This document shows positions 44,301-51,883 of a stretch of DNA of 51,883 nt, piece by piece. The notes under the pieces are model-generated. The model had not been told where the DNA came from and ran no database searches. It saw only the letters and a list, made by a program, of their open reading frames with translations. The stretch's first letter is position 1. Each line of letters begins with the position of its first letter. The stretch is from Catajapyx aquilonaris (lineage: Eukaryota). The position numbers and the translations under genes were made by a program. Location of the stretch: contig JYFJ02000716.1 in NCBI GenBank assembly GCA_000934665.2, positions 62,001-113,883 of the forward strand, given 5' to 3'.

Positions 44301-47017
44301 TGGCTCCAGGACATGGTAGCTCGGCTCTGGATCACAGACCTGGTGACTGGCGACGTCCTGATGTCGTGGCTCCGGACCTGGTAGCTGAAGACGTCCTGTT
44401 AGTCCATGGCACTTGGAGTGCCGAAGGCATGTTGGCGCCAGGTGCGGACCACCAACCTGGTTCCTGCAGGAAGCCAGTGCCAGTCTTCAACCCACTCTTG
44501 ATTTATTCTGGCTACTTGCATTCCATTGTTGTAGGGATCCCCAGAAACAATCAGGGATCCATGCGGGACATTGAAACCACACAACTGCAATGGAGTTGGT
44601 TGACGTGGATCCCGTGAAGGAGGAGGAAGGACGTACAATACCAATGGACGGGAAGGATGGGAATAGTCCTCCATAAGTGGGAAGAGCGGTTGGAAGCGGA
44701 ATGAACGGGAACTGCCCATCACGGATGGCGTTGGTGAAATGAATGGACTGGGGATGGACTGTTCTCACGCCAGAGGGCTGGGTCTAGGTTGATGACAGGG
44801 TGGTTCTCAAAGTCCGCAAGAATTTCCTGAGGCTGCAAAGTGATGATCCGTAACTGACAGGCCTGGGAAGATGCTGTTGTTGTAAGTAGTGTCTACAGGT
44901 CATCATTTTGTTGGGCCAGAAAACTTTCTGATCTCTCAGCAGCCTGGTGGATGTGTCGAGTATGCTGTGGTTGCACTATAGGTCCTTTGTATGTGGGGTC
45001 GATCAAGGATGGGAAAAGGAAGCTACTTGCTCTTAAACAGTCAGTCAACAAGAAAAGTTTCTCGGGAGAAGAAAAGTCAAAATTATCAAACTCATGACTA
45101 GTGTACTCGGGATATTGGTCCTCGCTCCTCTCAAAAAGAAATTACAGAAATAAATAAAGAAAAAAAATGTATGGCAACATACCTACAGTATTTGGTTCTT
45201 AAAACCAACTTACGCACTAACTTGTCACATCAAAAGAAATTATTCCTAACTTAATACACTTTCAAATTATTCGGAAAGGCTACATGGTGTGTTTGGTTTG
45301 ATTGACAGTTTGGTATCAGACTGTTTCGGGGAAATTGATCTGCGCTTAGCAGAAAGGTTCCAATAAGGAGTCTCGGTTTCCAGGTAGGACTTTTGGTGGG
45401 TAATTAAAAATTACACAACAGTAAAACAGTAATAGGAAAAGGATCACCATAACTCTAGAAGGCACAAAAAAATATTTAAAAAATTGGGTCCCACCACTGC
45501 AACTACTGTGGTAAATGAATTCTCACTTTCAAAAAAAGGAGGTGATGCACATTATACAGTGGTTCAATTGCATCTATTAAAGCTTCAAGTGACATTGCTG
45601 ACCCGGGAGAAATTGTGTACAATTGGTCCACAACGGTTGGAGTTGATGTTTGTCAACCAATTTAGGTCCGGAAGGGACAAAGCAAAAATAATAATAATAA
45701 TAATAATCGGTGCCGGGTTGTAATAAAAGCACCCAGAAGCAGAAGTGATTAAGTCAGTTTTTCTCCAAATTGCGTTTCTGGCTTTTTTGTGGTCCTATTG
45801 TATGGTACTATTTTACGAAAAAATATTTTGCGCGGCAAAGGAACGCATGTCAGTGTCCTCCACATCATATCATCCATGACATAGTCGAACTTCCGAAGCA
45901 AAAGTTGCTAAGTCCTACTTGAGGCCTGTCCTGAAAAGTTTGTCAAAATGACTTAGTCACTTTCGCTTCTGGATGCTTGTAACTTCTGTTTGGAAATTTG
46001 ATAACTGTACCCGGAAATTAGTCATATGAAAGGAACCTATACACTGTGGGGGAATTATTAATTATCTGTTTTCTTCAATTGACTTTACTTGAATCTGAGA
46101 GGAAGCACTTTACAATTTTGTCAAGGGGATGTGTTAAATTAAATGCCCGGTGGTCCAAACTATCTATAGAGTTCTACAGCAGTGCTTTCCAAACTGTGAA
46201 TAGCGACTCCAAATGGGGTACCTGACGCCCCTAATTCATGTAACTAAGTCGTGTACATTGTCCGTAGGTTCTCGAGTAACATTTTGCACCTCGCCTATAG
46301 TCACGGGTACTACTAAAATGCTAGAAAAAAAAGCGTCTTAAATCTTCAAATTTGGGGGCAAACATATGTTTGCCCCCAAATTTGAAGATTTAAGACGCTT
46401 TTGACGCTAATGAGATTCTGCCTCCACTCAGGTCATATGACCTGAGTGGAGGCAGAATCTCATTACAGAAATTTTAAGCAACTAATCCTGTCCAAATCTG
46501 CCCATTGTGACATTTGACCGGCCATTTCTACGTGATGAATCAACTGCAATCGTGACTCAGATGCTCGACCCTCAAAAATAAGCAACGGTCATGAGCAACC
46601 AGCTATTAAATATGACCACCAGTTCCTGGTCTCAGTGCTAATGCTGGGTTTAGTGTTTTACGTTGGTCATGGCAGCTCGGGACGATAATTGAGACTCACG
46701 CTCTAATAAAGATGACAACCTTTAATTTATGAACTACTGCGTGTAACTCAGCCGCGGCCACAGAACAATACTATTCAATCCTAGACACTCTTGACCTGAC
46801 GCTCCACCAGCAACTCACCCCACTTGTCCTTCGCCTTCCGCTGAAGAATCTCCTTGACCTTAGCCAACCGCACAGCATAGATGTGTGCGTACTGCCTGCC
46901 GTACTCCCTCTTGCAAGGCAGGATGTACTTCCCAGAGAGGTTCTCATACACGCTTCCATCTCTCTCCACCTCATCCATGGTGCTCTCCTCCGCCTCCACC
47001 TTCTTCATATCCAACAT
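41302..47017 (-). CDS. POLD2: DNA polymerase delta small subunit (10 exons; exact start ATG 47017/47008/46978 uncertain)
   Basis: RQYAHIYAVRL, IIGTLFK..LKPSVLKEISEE, DELILEDEQHRIRL, VIIAGNS, VHLMPGEDDPT..PQQPFH, GTSGQNV, WRHLAPTAPDTL.CYPY..KDPF, CPHIFFSGN. Stop TGA at 41304-41302. Confidence 0.96.
43351..43440. mobile_element. pogo/Tigger-like MITE in POLD2 intron 2
   Basis: CAGTGGAGCTTTGATTATCGG ... CGGATAATCGAGGCTCCACTG|TA imperfect TIRs. Confidence 0.75.
44235..44400. repeat. 66-bp tandem repeat (~2.4 copies)
   Basis: TGGCTCCAGGACAT(T/G)GTAGCTCGGCTCTGGATCACAGACCTGGTGACTGGCGACGTC(T/C)TGATGTCG repeated at 44235 and 44301, with a partial copy at 44367. Confidence 0.9.
45727..45978. mobile_element. 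MITE-like element with ~30-bp imperfect TIRs
   Basis: AAGCACCCAGAAGCAGAAGTGATTAAGTCA ... TGACTTAGTCACTTTCGCTTCTGGATGCTT. Confidence 0.55.
46329..46465. repeat. Two adjacent perfect spacer-less palindromes (74 bp and 58 bp), both centred on CATATG
   Basis: 46329-46402 and 46408-46465 are each exact reverse complements of themselves, separated by GACGC. Confidence 0.95.
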
Positions 47018-47573
47018 TCTACTCACCAACCCCTGCTGAAAAGTGTCCTCAAAGACTTTGCGTATGACCCCGACTAACCCACCTTTTGTGACCTTTTCCC
47101 GCACTTTTTTTGCCTTGTTCTTTTGATTTGCAGAATTTTTCGCGAGGTGGTGGGGTCGGATGTAGCGTCGCGGCGGAACACACAACTAATCGCCTCCAAG
47201 AAGTAATAGCGGCTATTTGACCTGCACTGAGTACGTTCCGTCGTTCCGATGCTGACAGAACTTCCATTTCACATCAAATTGACTGAAATCCGTTTAAATT
47301 TGTGAAATGTGCTGTACAATACAGCGCATACTGCTGCAATGGAGTCATACTTATGCAAAAATCTGGTAGCTGCTATTGGGATTACAGCTATCGCAGCTAA
47401 TTTATAAAGCAACATGGTGAAAATTAAAAACAAAAACGGCCCGCAACAATAGTCTTTAAATTACAGATAAAATTAGCAATTTTTATTAATTTTTCCCGAT
47501 TAAACAGTGAACATTGTGTTGTACAAAAAATATGCGCGGTCTTAAATGCGCATGCTGTATTGGAAAGTGTCCT

Positions 47574-47585
47574 TGCGCATGCGCA
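47574..47585. promoter_or_regulatory. NRF1/Ewg-type palindrome in the POLD2-TEX11 divergent promoter
   Basis: Exact TGCGCATGCGCA, plus a partial TGCGCATGC at ~47547, between head-to-head genes. Confidence 0.6.
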
Positions 47586-47769
47586 GTTTAGAACGACTTT
47601 CGGACTTTGTTCGAAAATTTCAGAGGAGCAGCAGACGAGGTGAAGAGGAAGGTTGATTGACCTGCTGTTCTCCTCGTTCCAATCGGTTCTTTTCTGGTTT
47701 CCGTGCCCTGCAGACTTCCAGAGCTTGTGTCCGGCTTGCAAGGAAAGGACCAGGGATTGCGGCCTATTG

Positions 47770-47878
47770 ATGCAGGACTTTGCTAAAATGGTGAATAGGC
47801 CTATTTACTAAAAAGTTGAAATTTGTTCCAACCTTGGTTCCAACACTCTTGCTCTATGATTTGGAACATGGATTCATG

Positions 47879-47935
<57 letters not shown>

Positions 47936-50554
47936 GTGTATTAAAGTATGTATAGTTGATGTATGAAGTTTAAAAAAAATTAACATTGGCTACATGCGTG
48001 CACGTTACAGATGGATGCGGATTACACCGTGAATTATCCGACCATTGTGAAGGAGATAAACTGGATCGGTATGGCCAACTACTTCGCCAACACGTTGCAG
48101 ATTCCGGCAATCAACCTGGGGAATGAGGAGGAGTTGATGCTTGTGAAGGTAGTTTCCAATGTATGGAACCTACGAGTGGTCACCCAGGACAATTCTGTTC
48201 CTGCAGATGTCATGTGGAAGGCAGCACAGGTGGTGTTACACCTCGTTGACCTTCCTAACTTGAAAAGACTTTACAACTTGCCTGAATTCCTCAATGTTGG
48301 AGTTGACCTTGCACTGCTGTTTACCCGCGCGGCAGTATCTGCCCGCCGTATGGCGGATGCAACTGAAGGAATGCGCCTGGTTCATGATCTGTTGAAGCGA
48401 ATGCAGCGTATGCTTCCGAAGAGTGCAGAGAGCGTATTAAGACATCGTATGGAAGCCAACATGGCTGCATCACGTGTGTTGGAGTGTGACATGTTGTCCC
48501 GGTCACCCCAGACAAATAATGATGCAAATGACGAGCAGGCCTTTATGCTATTAAGCTTAGCAATGATTTCACCAGGACTGATTCCATCTCAGCTTGACTA
48601 CCTAGCCAGGGTTGCATTTAACGCTGGACTGAACCGCAGGAAGGAGAAGAAGTTTCATCTGGCTGTTCGCTGGTTCAGAGAGAGCTACCGTGCAAGCCAG
48701 GCTTCCCGCCAGCATCCTGTTGTAACGACTAATCCTCCAATCGGTACCAATATCATGTGCTTGCTAGCCACGACTTACCTGGAATGGGGAGAAGAGCACT
48801 GGGATAAGGCTGTTGGCGCTTGTGATGTTGGGTTGAAGGGTATGTATAGGCCTACAACTGTGCATTGTTTCATGAGTGTGAACAATGTACTCAAGAAGCT
48901 ACTAAATGCATCTGCTTGATTTTTTGACAATTTTTGCAACTGTTTTCCTTCCAACTGACGAGACATAAGCATTTGTAATGTTTTTTAAAGGTTGCCATTC
49001 TAACATTGTTACGGATAGTTTCCTTGAATTAATATAATTAATATAATATAATATAAGGTTTTCCTGCTGTATCGCATACACCATTTTCTCTTCAACTTCA
49101 CTTTACGTTGTATAATACAGAAATATTTGAGTGCATCCATTGTCAATATTTGGAGAGTTTTTTTCATATGTTGCTGGTGTATGCATGCATACATAGAGCA
49201 TGACTATCTTATCACTACTCCTGTACCCATGTTGCTTCCATAATTTATAGCTTATAGCCTTATACCGATCATATTATTGCAGAAAAAGAGAGCTTTGACC
49301 TCCTGCAACTGCGACTCAAGGCCTTACTAATGAGCAAAGCAGAAGTGAATAAGGGAGCCATACGTTCTGCTTTACGCCGCATTCGAAAGCTTCCTGAACT
49401 AACTTGCAATGATCTGATAAAGGTTTGTATCATGTGAAAATTTCCTCTTGACATCAAGAGTGGGGACACCAAGCACATTTTAAGGACTCTGTGGTTTTGA
49501 TAATTTACAGGTCATTCTGCTTCTGAACCACCATGAGGAGCACCACTTGGCCAAGGAAATGGTTGACGTGGCCTCTGCCTCTCATGACAACACCAATTGG
49601 CTCAAGTTTCGCTTCACGTACTACATCGGAAAATCAGGTTCTCATGACAAGGCTCTGTCTGTTTTAGAAGAAGTTGCACGGCGCCCCACAATTAGCTACC
49701 AGGGTGAGCTATGGAGCATGTTTTCTTTATTGTAGAATTTCATATTTTCCTACCTTTATTTTAGAATTTATTATACATTACAGATGATTTTCATGCCATG
49801 ATTGACCTGGCCTCACACCTAGCTCTTGAGTATCACAAGGATGAGAACTTCTTACAAGCTTCTTGCTGGTATGCCGCCCTTTATGATATTACCAGCAAGC
49901 TGGGAGACCTTGGTGCCATGATACAACTGCGCTGCAACCAAGCTGAGTGTCTCATAGAAGAGGGAAAGATGGATGAAGCGGAGGCCATCATTGCGAATGT
50001 GGAAGATGTTAGCAATAAGGAACAAAATTTTTGGCAGTTTCCGATTCTGATTGTGAAGCTGAAACTAGCCATGCTGCAAGAGAAAGAGGAGGAGATGTTG
50101 GAATTGGCCGTCAAGTTGGATTGCTCTCTTCCTGCATTTGGTTCGCAGCGTTCCTTGGAAGCAGTGTTAAGTGACATAGCAGTCAAGGCTGCCTCTCTTG
50201 GGAAACTGCATGTGTGCGTGGTAGCCATGAAGAAGGTTGCAGCTGCCCTGGAGCCCTTGACAAGGCTGAAAGTTCAGAAGGTCATAATGAGGTATATACA
50301 CACAGACGAAGGCTACATGTCATTAATCTAGCATTTGTGAGCTTTGTTACTGTGAGATGTGTCAGTTGCTGACAGATATTTGCTGTAGTAATAATTGCAC
50401 TTGCATCATGAATATGTATTGCAGGTCATACCTCCAGCTCTGTAATGAGAAAAAGGATTTGTTGACTGACAATTTGGAGCCACTGATGACGTGCGTTGAA
50501 CAGTTTGCTGACTTCTTTGATGATGTCTTGGTAACAGCCGCAGCCGTACAAAGA
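47770..50554 (+). CDS. TEX11: TEX11/ZIP4 (SPO22)-like meiotic TPR protein, 3'-incomplete
   Basis: Exons 47770-47790 (tentative), 48011-48839, 49283-49422, 49511-49703, 49784-50291 and 50425-50554 are phase-consistent. LARVAFNAG...KFHLAVRWFRESY...IMCLLATTYLEWGEEHWDKAV and ENFLQASCWY...QLRCNQAECLIEEGKMDEAEAII parallel the TEX11 TPR motifs. Confidence 0.72.
47880..47934. repeat. (AAT)18 microsatellite
   Basis: Direct reading. Confidence 0.95.
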
Positions 50555-50723
50555 GTGAGTTTTTGATTTGGAGGTTGGGTGACTCTTCTTATTTCGTGTC
50601 AGGAAGAGTGAAGATACATGCTGCTGCAATACATACCTTTTTCCTAATTATTTGTGGATTTTGTAAGAGTTCTACGGGGAACTGTTCATCATTTCAGGGA
50701 TTATTCATCATGTTGGATTGTTA

Positions 50724-51491
50724 TATTAGCGTTTCCGGAAAGTAAGGTCCATTTATTGATTAGAAAAACCACAATGCACCCCCAAAAATTTTATTTACAC
50801 ATCTGAAATCGACACCTGTCTCCTTTTTTTAAAAATGGTTTCCAAACAAATCGAGGCATTTTTCACTGAGTTACACAGGATTTTGTATGCCTATGACTGC
50901 CGCCAACCATTTCCGCTATCCCTGAACACTGGATTGCAACTCCTCGTCATCGTCAACCTTCTGCTTTGCAAGACATTTCTTTTTGTCCATGGTCAGGAGA
51001 CTCAGGACGGTGGTAATCGCTAGGCTCTAAATCCGGGGTGATCGAACAATTCACACTTGAATTGTTGCAGTAGGGTTCCAGTAAGCAAGGCAGTAGGCAG
51101 GCGGGCATTGTCACGTAAGAAAAACACCAGGAACTAAACATACCGCTACGCAACAATTCAAGTGCGAATTGTTCGATCACCCTGGATTTAGAGCCTAGAG
51201 ATTACCACCTGTCCATGGACAGGAAGAAAAGGCTTGCAAACCAGAAGGTTGACGATGACGAGGAGTTGCAATCCAGTATTCAGGGATAGTGGAAATGGTT
51301 GGCGGCAGACTCTATGACATAGGCATGCAAAATCCTGTGTAAATCAATGAAAAATGCCTCGATTTGTTTGGAAATTATTTTTTTAAAAAAAAGTAGACAG
51401 TTGTCGATTTCAGATGTGTAAATGAAAATTTTGGGGGTGCATTGTGGTATTTCTAATAAATAACGGACCTTACTTTCCAGATACGCTAATA
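50724..51491. mobile_element. Foldback/Mutator-like non-autonomous element with ~350-bp TIRs and 11-bp flanking direct repeat
   Basis: 50724-~51073 is an imperfect reverse complement of ~51145-51491, around a ~70-bp spacer. GTTGGATTGTT flanks both sides (50712-50722 and 51492-51502). Confidence 0.85.
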
Positions 51492-51766
51492 GTTGGATTG
51501 TTTATAGTTTTATTTTAGTTCATATGAGGGGTTAACTTGCGTCTCCCTTCATCGCTGACTACCCCTTATAGGGAAATGTCGTGATGGTGGTGTTGTTGTT
51601 GGATTGTTAGCTTGGCAGTGTAGCCTATTAGTTCATTGTGCAAATCTAAGGCTGAAATTTTGTAGTTCAATATTTTAAACATGAAATACCATGTTACAAT
51701 GTAACCGACTTGCAACAGCAAACCCTGCAGGCAGTGGAAACTTGTCTATTTGTTTTTCATCCATTA

Positions 51767-51883
51767 AGGCCGGTATCCACGTACGAGAATCTCGCATACG
51801 AGGGCTTGCGAGGAGCCAACTGCGCATGCCCAGATACGAGGAAAGAGAGAAAAAGTAGAAAATTTTCTACTTTTTCCCATTTT
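51767..51883. mobile_element. Possible left end of a Harbinger-like element, truncated by the window
   Basis: TTA|AGGCCGGTATCCAC... followed by repeated TACGAG sub-terminal motifs. The other end is not visible. Confidence 0.3.

Larger units (their letters stand above)
43982..46762. other. 2.7-kb intronic block bounded by 38-bp direct repeats
   Basis: ATTTATGAACTACTGC(A/G)TGTAA(T/C)TCAGCCGCGGCCACA at 43982-44019 and 46725-46762 (2 mismatches). Confidence 0.8.

Noticed and set aside
47801..47986. Poly-Leu signal/TM-like ORF
   Set aside because: Translation of the (AAT)n microsatellite.

Overview
Eukaryotic genomic DNA, probably arthropod (inferred from lipophorin-receptor-type motifs and a DRE element). 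Genes are compact, with many 48-100 nt introns, so I built spliced models by hand from splice sites and reading-frame phase. From left to right: (1) an uncharacterised multi-exon gene (-); (2) a secreted Gly/Ser/Pro-rich repetitive protein (-); (3) a spliced ~76-aa single-pass membrane microprotein (+) that is missing from the ORF track; (4) an orphan single-pass membrane protein (-); (5,6) two tandem lipophorin/VLDL-receptor-derived genes (+). Both receptors splice a signal-peptide exon directly onto EGF-YWTD propeller-EGF, so they have no LDLa ligand-binding repeats, and their tails have no NPxY. The second one carries two antisense tRNA-Cys(GCA) genes in an intron. (7-10) A tight minus-strand housekeeping run, RPL37, ZXD-family zinc finger, CNOT11 and POLD2; (11) a divergently transcribed TEX11/ZIP4-like meiotic gene that runs off the window. 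Introns and intergenic DNA contain many small non-autonomous DNA transposons (mariner/pogo-, Harbinger-, Sola-, Helitron- and Mutator/foldback-like), a minisatellite and microsatellites. POLD2 intron 1 holds a 2.7-kb block between 38-bp direct repeats, which contains two adjacent perfect palindromes, both centred on CATATG. All family assignments come from motif recognition; no database search was run.
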